Positions 38,518-50,352 of a stretch of 64,000 bases of DNA are shown piece by piece (the first letter of the stretch is position 1; each line of letters begins with the position of its first letter). Below the pieces are notes generated by a model. It searched no databases. It saw only the letters and a program-made list of their open reading frames with translations, and had not been told where the DNA came from. Position numbers and translations under genes: made by a program. Source of the DNA: Tubiluchus corallicola (Eukaryota; Animalia; Priapulida); the NCBI GenBank assembly GCA_030141605.1, contig JAQGDQ010000458.1, positions 1-64,000 on the forward strand, in the 5' to 3' direction.

Positions 38518-41486
38518 GCTGATTGATAAAATTTTCTGATCTCTGTCAGTCTGTGTGTCTAATGCTGAAATGCAGTTTTTTACAGTTTATTTTATACCCT
38601 AAAAACCATGTGCATTATCATTACTGTGGCATTACGGTGAATTAGAAATACAAATATTCACTTAGATCAATGTAAGAATGACGGAGGCACTGTGACCATC
38701 GACGTTCGAGTCATTTATTTGTACAGCTGCAAAAGGCGAACAAGAAATGGCAGATTCATACTGGCCCAGAGTCCACGTTCATAGATTATGTAAGGTGACC
38801 ACCCGTCCAGATTTTCAAGTGCATGTCTGGGAATTGGGCTTCGTGTCAGTGAGCCAAGTGTGTCCAAAAAGTGTCAGAAAAAATCAGCAATTTGCAGTCG
38901 ATCTCATATTTTTGAAACCAGCAACCAATTCAGATGCAGGTTAATGAAGCTAGATCTAAAGATCTAGAAATAAATACTGTCAGTTAATTTTTAGGACAAT
39001 TATAATTAAGTATGATTTTTTTAGCTTTTTTGCATTTGTTTATAAGTTTCGCTCAATGTTTAACTCATATGACTTTTTCGGCAACTGGTACTGGTAGCGC
39101 TGTTAGCATGCCTAGCCAAGCACCTATACATCAAATTTTGCAAAGCTTGGTAAACCTGCGATGACGATCTAGAATGACTTTGGTTACACGTGCGAAAAAT
39201 TTGATATAATAATAATTACATAAAATTTAAATGAAAACCATTGCCTGGCAATGCAAGCTGCGATTGAAAACTTAACTGCACTCCTTGATACAAAAAGGTC
39301 AAGGCACTGAACTGAACTTAAGATATAGCATCAAAGCATAAAATTTTCGTTATTTGTGCTACTAAACTGGATATCGTAATTCCTGAGGGTGCAAGGGAAA
39401 ACCACTTTCACAAGGTGGTTACCCACAGATCATCCTAGTACATCATTACAACGGAGTGATTAAGGTAAATTACACGAGTAGTGACTAGACAGCCGACCTT
39501 CCAGAAGCTTCGTACCAGTCGTTAAAACAAAATAAGAAATTAAGGTAGACTAAAAACTTAACAAACCGTTAGAACTGGCGCTTTCTAGTCTTGTCTTCCG
39601 TATTTAACAATTTTCAAGTGTTGCAATAGCAGCAATCTCCGACTTGCTCGAAATACTGCTTGTGATTTCTGGGCCTTGCCACAAACTAGCGTTTACGGCT
39701 AAGACACCTGAACGTAAAAACTGATAATTATTAACGACTAATGCACAGTTTTAACTTTTCAAATGATGGACATTTGCATGACTCTCGTATTTTCACCAAT
39801 TAAATGTTTTTCCAAATTTGAATTATACTCACCAATTACAATTACAATCCAGATAATGGTTTAGCTCGAGAAAATATTAATCAACTAGCATTAATAATAA
39901 ATTATTGTGTAATGCATTAACTACTGTTGCACTTCCGAAGTCAAACTCGGCGAAGAAGATAGGGAACATGAAAAATTCAAAATTAAGTCCGACTTGAGCC
40001 AAAGTCCAACCCAGTGACCACTAGACTACATAACACTTTAAATGATTGTGACATGACAATGATGGTTAAAATCAACGTTTACAGCTAACTAGCTTATTGT
40101 GTCAACTGTTAATGCATTCACACTAAAATGAAATTCAAGTGTACATTAATAGTATAAAATGTGTGAACAAGTGGTATTTCAATGTCTGAAATTCGGCTAT
40201 CAAGAAAATCCTTAAAAGCCCATGTCTTCGCATAGCATAACAACTGATGTCGTGAACAAAAAATATGAAGCATTATAGGTGAATAAGATAAATCGGAGTG
40301 TATCTGTACCTTGCAGGCATGTAATGCATAATAAATAAAGCCAGAATGTTTTACTGTCATCAATAATTGCTAACGTAACAAGCAAGAAAATTTAATGAAG
40401 TCCCACTTAAGCAGCCCCGATTACAATGCCTATTTTTTACTGGTTGTTTTCTTGCAGATTTGAAAAAGTAATCAAACATTCTTTCTATTTGTGATTTATC
40501 ATACAATCAATATCTTCAAAATTCTCTTCTATCACAAATACCAGTATAAAATTTCAATAAAGGGAACACCTATACATGTACATACTGAAACACTCAAACA
40601 GTTTGTTTTAATTGCTGATTTAATTGATACACATTCTTGGTTCACAGGTTCAAATAAGTGGCAGTGTGAAAACGCACATAATAGCAAACTGATTACAGAC
40701 AATGTCAGTAATAAACTAGTGCATGCCAAAAACTGTGTACCACGTTGTTTCGAAAGGGAAAACAGCCAAAAAATAAAATGAATGTTACTTATGACTATTG
40801 TAAATTGTAATGTATATACACACATATATACAGTATATATATTGGGCAGATAACAAACATTGTGAAACACCTCACACAAGAAACAAGTTAGCAACAAACT
40901 GTACAGTAAGTAAACTATTATTTTGTACCATCCATGTTGTTTTGCATAAGTTTTAGTTTCTAATTTTGCATCATTTAATTTGTTTACTAAACCATAAACA
41001 AGTCACAAATATAAATAACTCTTCTAAATGCTAATGTCGCAAATAAAAAACAATTTGATAAGTCTTAATTATCTCAGCTTTTCGGCATTTTTAGTTTGTA
41101 GAGAGTGAAAGCTCTCAAGTATAAATCTTTCATTCCACAAACTATTAAATGCATTAAGTTATTTAAGTTCAATTTACTGTACAAAATCTGCATCTGGACA
41201 ATACACATGGGCAAGTGTGTTTGTTTATTGCCAACAAAAAGAAGCAAAAATAAACACACAAAAAAAATCTCTTATCACAATACAAAGAGATTCAAATTTA
41301 AAAGCAAATCAGTTGCACAATTTTCCACAAATAATTACATTGGCAAAATTATGGTTGTAATAATATGTAACAACAAAGTCTGACCTATGCAAATAAAGAG
41401 GTACATATGTCAGAACTGCATAGCTTTTCATACGGCTTGAATGAACTTGGAGTGAAATTAGAGTTCGTTTGTCCTTTTCTAAAAGT

Positions 41487-42908
41487 TTACGCAAGCAGCG
41501 TTGGGGCAGGTTGTGCTGGTTCCAGTACTGCCACCTCTCCACTTTCAAGAGCGACATTCACTCCACTTTTTGGTAGGCTTTCAATTGGAAAATCTGTTTG
41601 ATTGTCAAGCTTACCATGATGCACTTGAAATGCCGGTGCCTGAATCGGAAAATGAGTTCGTAAATGCTTCGTTAAGTTACCGTTATCACTAAAACGTTTA
41701 TCGCAGAACGAACAAGGAAACGGCCGTTCCCCCGTGTGCCTTCTAATGTGCCTTATCAAATGGGCCTTATAACGAGTGTTGTAATAACACAATTCGCACT
41801 GCCATATTTTTCCCATGCTAATTGTTCCCTGACCCAGCTGTACGTCACCACACTCGTAAAACGACATGGGTTCCTCGGCGCTTGACATGCTCTTCCTCGA
41901 AAGGTTCACGGACTTTTTTGGTCTTGGAACTAACTGCATGTTGTCCTGGTGGCGATTTGAGCTCAAAGTAGATTCGACGCCTGTGAGATCGGAGTGTGGC
42001 AAATCTTGAGCACTGGTGGTGCACACGAGGCCCGATTGATCAGCATCAACAGCTTCTGCTGATTCCGATGCCACTGGTTCTTCATGTTCATCGATGGCAG
42101 TCGTTCCTTTCTTTTTTCGTAGGCTTTCAATGGGAAAATGCGTCCGTAAATGTTTCAACAAATTGCCCCTGTCACTAAAACGTCTCCCGCAGTAATCACA
42201 AGATAGTGGCCGTTCACCCGTGTGTTTCCTAACGTGCCGTGTGAGATGAGTTTTATAACGCGTGTGATAATCGCACAGTTTACACTGCCATCGGTGCTTT
42301 GCAGTCATAGAAGATTTACCCAAACCTTCACCATCGGAAAGAGACGAAGAAGTTTTGGATTTGTCAATCTGCACTTCCTTTGCTATGAATTTTTTTCTCA
42401 CTCGCGAGTGATGCTGATGTCGTTTTCGTAAAATCGATTTAGTAAATTTTATTTTCAGACTAGAATTGGATGGCTGCTGAGCGACATACGACGAACGTGT
42501 CATCCTGGATGACGTTTCCGCTTGTTTAAGCATTTTTGTTTCCTCGCCATCGCGCTCGGGAGGGATTTTAACGATACCGCTATCTTCCTCGCAGTAACTT
42601 TCTTCACGACATTTTTCACTGTCAACTTCATGCAGTAATTCATTTTTACTAAAGCCATCATAACCCAGAAGCTCCTCTAATGTTATGCCTTGCTCTTCTT
42701 GGCAATCCAAGACATCGACAGGTTCAAGTTTGATGTTTTCACTTTCTTCTTGCACGTTCGACGTACATATTCTTACAGTCTGCCCTTCGTTGACGAGAAC
42801 TTTGCAATGCCACGCCCTTGAGTGAGCGTAGAACACAGCTTCAGACAGAAAGCATTCCGAACAGGAAGTGCATTTGAAATACATGTCCGGAAGTATGTCC
42901 TTCTCCAT
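41487..42908 (-). CDS. Zinc-finger array paralog 12 with duplicated finger pair (4 C-terminal fingers)
   Basis: 473-aa ORF; two modules WQCxLCxYxTRYKxHL..H.R.HTGERP..C..C..RFSD.GNL.KHLRTHFPI. Acceptor at 42939. Confidence 0.93.
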   Translation of the reverse strand: MEKDILPDMYFKCTSCSECFLSEAVFYAHSRAWHCKVLVNEGQTVRICTSNVQEESENIKLEPVDVLDCQEEQGITLEELLGYDGFSKNELLHEVDSEKCREESYCEEDSGIVKIPPERDGEETKMLKQAETSSRMTRSSYVAQQPSNSSLKIKFTKSILRKRHQHHSRVRKKFIAKEVQIDKSKTSSSLSDGEGLGKSSMTAKHRWQCKLCDYHTRYKTHLTRHVRKHTGERPLSCDYCGRRFSDRGNLLKHLRTHFPIESLRKKKGTTAIDEHEEPVASESAEAVDADQSGLVCTTSAQDLPHSDLTGVESTLSSNRHQDNMQLVPRPKKSVNLSRKSMSSAEEPMSFYECGDVQLGQGTISMGKIWQCELCYYNTRYKAHLIRHIRRHTGERPFPCSFCDKRFSDNGNLTKHLRTHFPIQAPAFQVHHGKLDNQTDFPIESLPKSGVNVALESGEVAVLEPAQPAPTLLA

Positions 42909-43054
42909 GTGAAGAGGTGGTAAATCGCTTGGCTCATGCTGAAAGAGAGGTCAAAAAAATCCTGTCAGCAAACGGGCACCTTTGTGAAAATGTGAGATAA
43001 TTTCTTAATTATGTACAAAGACTTAGGTCTCAATGATTGGACAGCTACATCAGC

Positions 43055-43603
43055 CAGTGGCGGGCTCATGTACAGGTACTGTGGAACTGCAGCACCCCCT
43101 ATTTTCAGTAAATATTACCGATAATATTTGATATAATAAGTCTTTTTTCTTTAGTTCTTTTTTTATACTTGTACGGAATCAGAGCACGTGAGGGTAGTAC
43201 TGTTTGCTCCACAGACCAGCACAGTGGTGTGTTTGGCTGTTGTGCGCATACGGGCATAGCACGGTGTACCCTCTATGCTGCACTGCTAGCGTCTGCTGCT
43301 AGGTAGAGACAGTACTGTGGCTCACACAGTGTGTTGTCAGTTGTCACGTGCTCAAAAACCGTGTACCGGCATATTCTTCAACTGCAGCAATTTAGGCCAT
43401 TCTTAAATAAAAAATTTTTTGGTTTATCAAGTTTATCAAGTTTATATATAAATTTTCGGATGTTTGCTTTGTTTAAAATTACAAATATAAATTACAACAT
43501 TAAAATTACATATGTTTGTTTCATTTTACACAATATTAAAACAATGGATATTAAAACTGTCTGAAGCACCACTCCCACTAAATTTTATTACGTGCCGCCA
43601 CTG
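43055..43603. mobile_element. hAT MITE
   Basis: TIR CAGTGGCGG / CCGCCACTG with a perfect 8-bp TSD ACATCAGC. Confidence 0.85.
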
Positions 43604-43689
43604 ACATCAGCTATAACCTACTGCAGCTATCTATTTCAGTCAATTTTGGTTTCAAACACTCAGTTATTGTGTAGCAATAACTGACACTT

Positions 43690-44040
43690 AAGTGAGTAAG
43701 TAAGTAAAAAAATTTATTCGTCTCTGAATGTTACAAAATAAACATAAACAAAAGCTAAAAACTAAAATAAAGACGGAAAAGAGACCGGGTGGCGAAAATA
43801 CCAAGGGTCATCAAGTCAACCACCCCTATCCAAACTGAAGAAAACTAAGTGACCTGTCCAGTAAGGTATGTACAAATGAAAATAATCAGCAACTTAACAA
43901 AATTAGTTAAGTAAACCTTATTATTTCCTAAACCTTCTTTCTTGTGCCAAGCCATGCTTTTGAACAGTAAAAGAGTTGTTGTAAAAAAACTTGCCATACG
44001 TGAAAACGCACATGTTTTTCTTTTCTTATTGCACAATAAG
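43690..44040 (-). mobile_element. CR1-like LINE 3' end
   Basis: Minus strand GGGTGGTTGACTTGATGACCCTTGGTATTTTCGCCACCC resembles the CR1 3' stem-loop; followed by AATAAA and a (TTAC)n tail. Confidence 0.6.
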
Positions 44041-44265
44041 TCAGAGTTAACAGTTACTTGTGCTATTTCCTGCAGCTATTCGCTACGTCAAAATTTCAGC
44101 AGACAGTTGAGACAGTAGCTGTAATAATCATATTACTGTTAGGTCTAACGGACTTTTAAAAAACGACATCTATAAAGTTTAACAACTTTACTTTCTAGAA
44201 AAGAAATGCTGGCAGTGGCAGCAGGAGTAGGAGCTGCAGTTTTACTTTCAAAGAAACAAAGTGTT

Positions 44266-44385
44266 GGTAGTAGTAGTAGTAGTAGTAGTAGTAGTAACAG
44301 TAGTAGTAGTAGTAGCAGTAGTAGTAGTAGTAGCAGTAGTAGTAGTAGCAGCAGCAGCAGCAGCAGCAGTAGTAGCTGTAGTAGT

Positions 44386-44432
<47 letters not shown>

Positions 44433-44479
44433 TAACAGCAGCAGCAGTAGTAATAGTAGTAGTAGTAGCAGCAGTAGTG

Positions 44480-44522
<43 letters not shown>

Positions 44523-44740
44523 CAGCAGCAGCAGCAGCAGCAGCAGTAGCAGTAGCTGTAGTAGTAGCAGCAGCAGTAGTAATAGTAGTAGTAGTAGCAG
44601 CAGTAGTGGTAGTAGTAGTAGTAGTAGTAGCAGTAGTAATAGTAGTAGTAGTAGCAGCAGTAGTGGTAGTAGTCGTAGTAGCAGCAGCAGCAGCAGTAGT
44701 AGTAGTAGGAGGAGGAGGAGGAAGAGGAGGAGCAGTAGCA

Positions 44741-44825
<85 letters not shown>

Positions 44826-44840
44826 TAATAATAATAATAG
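44266..44840. repeat. Compound (AGT/AGC)n-(AGG)n-(AAT)n trinucleotide microsatellite
   Basis: Direct reading. Source of the poly-Ser and poly-Val ORFs. Confidence 0.95.
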
Positions 44841-45256
44841 TTAATTAATTTGCACTATGTACATAATCCAAAATTTGCCAGAAACTATAGCAAACTTTTA
44901 TGGCGAAAAAGCTAAAAGAGCATGAAGATGCTTTGAGAAACAGTGCATTTTTACAAGACTGGCTATAAAAACAAAATAATTGGTATCATCTTTGAATAAA
45001 ATAAACAAGTGCACAAAACTGTATTGCAACACATTTTATCAGAATAATATTATTATCCTCATATGTGAAACCATAAACAAACTTTTATTCCACATGTAAT
45101 GACTTAACCAGTATTGTTTACTTGAAGTAACCTTTCAGCTATTTAACTTAAAACACTAGCAATAGCAGCGGTTGCTGTGTAATTAACAATGGAAGCCGTG
45201 ACTGTGAGATTTTCATCAATTTTAAGACACCGTCTAAGACACAAACACATGGAGTA

Positions 45257-45754
45257 CAGTCAACCTCGGTTATAAGGGACAACTCCGGACCAGAAAAAAT
45301 CGTCCCTTATATCCGATGTCCCTTATAGCCAAAGTTGAGTCAGACCGAGGGTGTATCTAGACCAGTGCTTTTCTGTACTTTTACCCATATTTTTATGGAT
45401 TATTGCTACACATTCAGTGCAAACAGTATGTAGGCAGCTCCTTCAGTGATGCGAAATCTGTGACCGCAGAAACCGAGCTGTTCAAAGGCCGAGTTTGCGA
45501 AAAATTGAGGTTAAAAATCGATCAATTTCGCTTTGATCATAGGGTCCCTTATATGCGAGGTAATTTACCTGGGTTTCTATTACGCGGGACCTGAAGATAT
45601 CGTCCCTTATAACCGAAAGTCCCTTATGTCCGAGTACCTTATATACGAAGATTTTTATAAGGAAAACGTTACGAAAAATCGGGACCGGTGTTGGTGGTCC
45701 CTTATAAGCGAATGTCCCTCATAAGCGAGTGTCCCTTATACCCGAGGTTGACTG
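45257..45754. mobile_element. Tc1/pogo-type MITE, copy 3 of 4 (inverted)
   Basis: TA|CAGTCAACCTCGG ... CCGAGGTTGACTG|TA. Confidence 0.88.
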
Positions 45755-45909
45755 TATCAAAAGGATCAACCAGAGAGGATTCCTGCAGTTCAGACTACCA
45801 GTGTGTCAAAAATAAATAAATTTTTATTTGTAATTTCTTGTCATTTCATTTGTACAGAAGCTGACTGTATGCAAAACTTTGGTATGCCCTACAACCTGCC
45901 TACAAGCAA

Positions 45910-46509
45910 GTAGGTTCGAGTCTCCTCCATCAAAAAGCGAATAGAAATCAAATCGAATTTGCACCTTTCTAACTCAAGTCAAACCAAATTTAAGCATCTT
46001 AGAATCCGAATCGAATTCAGTTTAAAGATTTTCGATTCACCTGTAAAAAGTGACCTCATAAAGGTCAAGCATATTACTCAATTTCGTCTTACAGTAAAAA
46101 CAGGAATAATTCGTTTAAAAATTGAGCCCAGTAATTGCAGCTAAGCTGTGCTGGCTGCATGATGTTTCAAAAGTTTTAACGATAAAGGATGAAGGTGGTT
46201 GGTTTAAACATAATTTATTGAAGGTGTAACATCTAGATTTGAAACAGAGTTTTACAACTAATATATGTTCTCCCCTAGTGGAAGCGAAATGCTAGACAGA
46301 TGCAAAACAATGGTGACCACAATGAATAATAAATATTGCAAAAAATATGAACATTAAAATGTAACAAGAGTAACAAAGTTAATACTATTTAAAGCGAATG
46401 AATGTGGTTGACGGGCTGAATAATTCGAATCTATAATTTTAAGTTAGAATCGAATTCAAACTAAACAAACTTGTTCGAATCAAATTCATAAGTTCAATGC
46501 TCATCCCTA
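45910..46509. mobile_element. Degenerate MITE with CGAAT subterminal repeats
   Basis: Clusters of CGAATCGAAT at both ends; right end GCTCATCCCTA. Confidence 0.4.
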
Positions 46510-47367
46510 CGAACAGTAATATCAGTAATATCACTTAGAAACGAAATGTAAAATGTACAGCCAAAGCTAACTATAAAGTACAAAAATATGCAATACATTT
46601 GACTGCATTTCAAAAAGCATAAAAACTCATTAAGGTTGCATTCACACTGGGTCAGCAACTAAAAGACAACTTATTCCTAAAGGCGCATAAAAATATCAAT
46701 TACTTCAAGTCTGAATATTGATACATGCGTATAACAGCTATACGTTTTTACAGCTAAACTAAACGAAACTTAAATTGAAATGTCAGGCTTGTGGAACACC
46801 GACTGATCACCACTTTGGATAGCCACACATTCTGGATGGATCAAGTTTCAATGGCCGGCAAGTGATAGTTACGCGGAAAGAAGCGATTTGATATTTTTTC
46901 TGCCCACCTGGCTGGCAAACTGGTATAAGTGCTGCTTAAAACAAAAGAACGTTCTTCAGACTTACCAAGTCATTAGTAAGCAAGGCCTAATCAGTCAAAT
47001 AAATAATATCTTAAAAAAAACTTGTATATGAAAGACCGAAACTCGTTGTGTAAATAAATTCAAAAACGCAGTTCAAAATTCACATTCAAATTCAAAATTC
47101 AAGTACATATCAAGAGACATCATAACAGTAGGTAACTAATAATTTAAAATAAAGTTTTTTTAATGCATTTAATACTTACAATTGTTGTAAACCCATCGAG
47201 ATGCAATTTACTCTATGGGTCTAAGTAAAATTAATTGATTAAGGCAAATTAAAACATAAAAAGTTCGTTTTTCGCAAAGGTCAGAATCATTATAAAAAGG
47301 ATTTTTTATACTTTTGGGTCCAATCACTTCAAATCCCATTTAAAATACCTTAACACTTGTTTTAAGC

Positions 47368-47850
47368 CAGGGGTGTGCAAATTATCTGACCAGGAGGGCC
47401 ACATTAAACTTTCCCGCAATTCCAGTGGGCCACAGGCAGTTTGATCAAGGAGCCAAGTACAGAAGGGCCTAATAACGATTTTTTGCTATTATAGCTATTA
47501 TACATCATTACTACTACACTCAAGAAACTATTTTAGAAGTTACTAAAATTTATATTACAAACCATATATTTCTACTTTCAGGACAGATAGTGGTAATTTC
47601 AATACAATGCATATTAGTAATGTGTATCACACAGTCCGTGTAGTACAGTGACATTAAGCTACAACTGTCTTGTAAGGGTTAATGGCATCCGATTTAGTAG
47701 AAAAAACTACCTGCACTATCTTTGGGATCGTGGCACGGACTTCAGCTGGATACACTCAATTCATCGCCCGGGCCGCACTTTCATTAGGTTGACAAATCTC
47801 TTCGCGGGCCACACAAATTCTCTCGGCGGGCCGCAATTTGCACACCCCTG
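47368..47850. mobile_element. hAT MITE (inverted sister of 16946)
   Basis: TIR CAGGGGTGTGCAAATT with a perfect TSD TTTTAAGC on both sides. Confidence 0.9.
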
Positions 47851-48135
47851 TTTTAAGCTGTGGGGAAAGTCTGCAGTCAGTTGCTCCACTGTCTGTAATG
47901 ACATTTCGACACTCCAATAATGTCAAATGGCTCACAGTTTTAAACAAGACATATGATGCTTGTCAACTCACTAATGCAGACATGTTCCAGCAGCCACATC
48001 TGGCCGTATTCTTTGTTGCGAAATATTGTCCACGAATAATCAAGGAGAAGCTGTCCTGACGACAAATCACCTGTTACTGGCACAGCAAAGACAGCAAAAC
48101 CGTAACTATGACTAAAATCGTGAAACTCTGCTTTA

Positions 48136-49158
48136 CTACTGAACCTGAGCATGAGTTCGCAAATGCTTAGTCAGATTACTGTTATCCGCGTAACGTTTGT
48201 CGCAGTAAGCGCAATGATATGGTTTCTCTCCTGTATGTTTCCTAATGTGCAACTTCAAATGACTTTTGTACTCCGTGTGATAAAAGCAGAGATCACACTG
48301 CCATTGCCGCTTATTGGTGACAGTCATAAAAGTCTGCTTTTCCGTGCCTCCCGTACCGCTTGTTAGTTGAGAGCCAACAGTACCTGAGTTCTTTGACTGG
48401 GCGTGGCTGCGCATGTGAGCCACTAACTTGCCTTTTTCTGCAAAGCGTTTACTGCAGTAAGAACACTGGAATGGCTTCGCTGATGCGCTTACGTGCGCGG
48501 AGGTGCGCACCTTGAAATGCCTCTTATTGCTTGTACGATAAGAGCACACGTTGCGCTGCCATTGTTCCCTATTTGAGTTATTCGTTTGTGTGACTTCTGG
48601 AAAATTGTTACGAGGCAACAGCTCTGTATTACGAAAAGATCCACCTTGCAACTGCAAATCTGCAATCCCAGTTCTTTTAGTGTTTTGTGGACACGGCAAG
48701 CGCTCATTAACCTCAGTCAAACCGTCTGAAAATGCACCTAATAACATAGGTCTATTACTACACCCGTTAATACTATACAGATCGAAAACGTCTGCTACCT
48801 CTGCAGTTTCATCAACTTTATTACACTCTTCAGCATCAGATGTATGCGCAATAATTTCTTCATCGAGTCCTTGACAGCGATACGCTGCTGGGAATGCTTC
48901 AGCGTTTGTTGCGGCCATTTCTTCACACTCTTCCATTTTAAGTTGTAACTTATCGCTCGGAATGGCAATGTATGCTTCTTGCCGACTTCCACAAGCGACG
49001 TCTGTGGATGATTCATCCACGTACGAATTGTCGCCCTTGCTAACCAAAATCTTACAATGCCATGTTCTCGAGTGAGCAAAAAATACAGCCTCCGTCATGA
49101 AGCATTCGGAACACGATGTGCATTTAAAGTAGATTTGAGAATCATCTTCATCTTCCAT
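48136..49158 (-). CDS. Zinc-finger array paralog 13 (duplicated pair, first finger degenerate)
   Basis: 340-aa ORF; WQRNVCSY (Cys lost) + FQCSYC...HMRSH, then an intact WQCDLCFYHTEYKSHLKLHIRKHTGEKPYHC pair. Acceptor at 49187. Confidence 0.92.
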   Translation of the reverse strand: MEDEDDSQIYFKCTSCSECFMTEAVFFAHSRTWHCKILVSKGDNSYVDESSTDVACGSRQEAYIAIPSDKLQLKMEECEEMAATNAEAFPAAYRCQGLDEEIIAHTSDAEECNKVDETAEVADVFDLYSINGCSNRPMLLGAFSDGLTEVNERLPCPQNTKRTGIADLQLQGGSFRNTELLPRNNFPEVTQTNNSNREQWQRNVCSYRTSNKRHFKVRTSAHVSASAKPFQCSYCSKRFAEKGKLVAHMRSHAQSKNSGTVGSQLTSGTGGTEKQTFMTVTNKRQWQCDLCFYHTEYKSHLKLHIRKHTGEKPYHCAYCDKRYADNSNLTKHLRTHAQVQ

Positions 49159-49293
49159 GCTGACACAGAATATTTTCTCTGCTGCACTGAAATATAAGGT
49201 TTTATTATTGTAGCCGAATGACCCCTAGAAAAAAACTGATAATTGTTTTAATGAAAACCTACTAAGAGGGATGATCCTAAAGCACAACAAAAG

Positions 49294-49522
49294 GGGTACC
49301 TGAAGTAGGTTTCAGAGAAATCGCCTTAAAAAACTTTATTACTTTGTAGCAACTTTAAGCAAATATCGTAATCGCGTTGAAAGGATTTTTGTTTGTTTTC
49401 ATTTTAAATCTCCCGCAATACTGTACCGTCCGTGCCATTACATGACGTCATATAAGGACAACGTAAATCAGGGGAAGAAAAGTAAATGTTAAACTATGTA
49501 CCAAAAAACCTTCCATGCAAAC
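49294..49522. repeat. Dispersed ~230-bp repeat, copy 2
   Basis: Matches 35686-35912. Confidence 0.7.
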
Positions 49523-49847
49523 TTATGTTACTTAGCATTGTCCTTGCCTGCTTGAAAGACTCATGTAGCTAGAAAAGTAAATTATTAATTATTTAAAATG
49601 TTTTTGCAAATTGGTAAAATGTTGTTGACTCACCTCCAGGGTGCACCGCTCACTAATCAAAAAACACTTTGAACGACTTATGTAATTTCAAAAACAAATT
49701 CTTAATAATTTAAATGTTCGTGCCACCTGATAAAACAGCACCGCCTCATCTTCTCAGTGTGCATCAAAAAATGTTACTAGCTTACCAAAAATATATTCTT
49801 AATCTTATTGACATGATACAGTAATTTACACAGTGGTCACAGCACGT

Positions 49848-50352
49848 TTGTGTAGTAATAATTCTTTTGTTTGTGTAGTAATAATTCTTTCATCTGTGTG
49901 GTAATAATTCTTTCATCTGTGTGGTAATAATTCTTTTACTTGTGTGGTAATAATTCTTTCATCTGTGTGGTAATAATTCTTTTACTTGTGTGGTAATAAT
50001 TCTTTCATTTGTGTGGCAATAATTCTTTCATCTGTGTGGTAATAATTCTTTCATTTGTGTGGTAATAATTCTTTTATTTGTGTAGTAATAATTCTTTCAT
50101 CTGTGTGGTAATAATTCTTTCATTTGTGTGGTAATAATTCTTTCATTTGTGTGGTAATAATTCTTTCATTTGTGTGGTAATAATTCTTTCATTTGTGTGG
50201 TAATAATTCTTTCATTTGTGTGGTAATAATTCTTTCATTTGTGTGGTAATAATTCTTTCATTTGTGTGGTAATAATTCTTTCATTTGTGTGGTAATAATT
50301 CTTTCATTTGTGTGGTAATAATTCTTTCATTTGTGTTCAAACAACATTCTTT
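49848..50352. repeat. 23-bp minisatellite, ~22 copies
   Basis: Unit TTGTGTGGTAATAATTCTTTCAT. Confidence 0.95.

Noticed and set aside
44206-44848. Poly-Ser/Asn and poly-Val/Ala/Ile ORFs
   Set aside because: Trinucleotide microsatellite with no other coding evidence.
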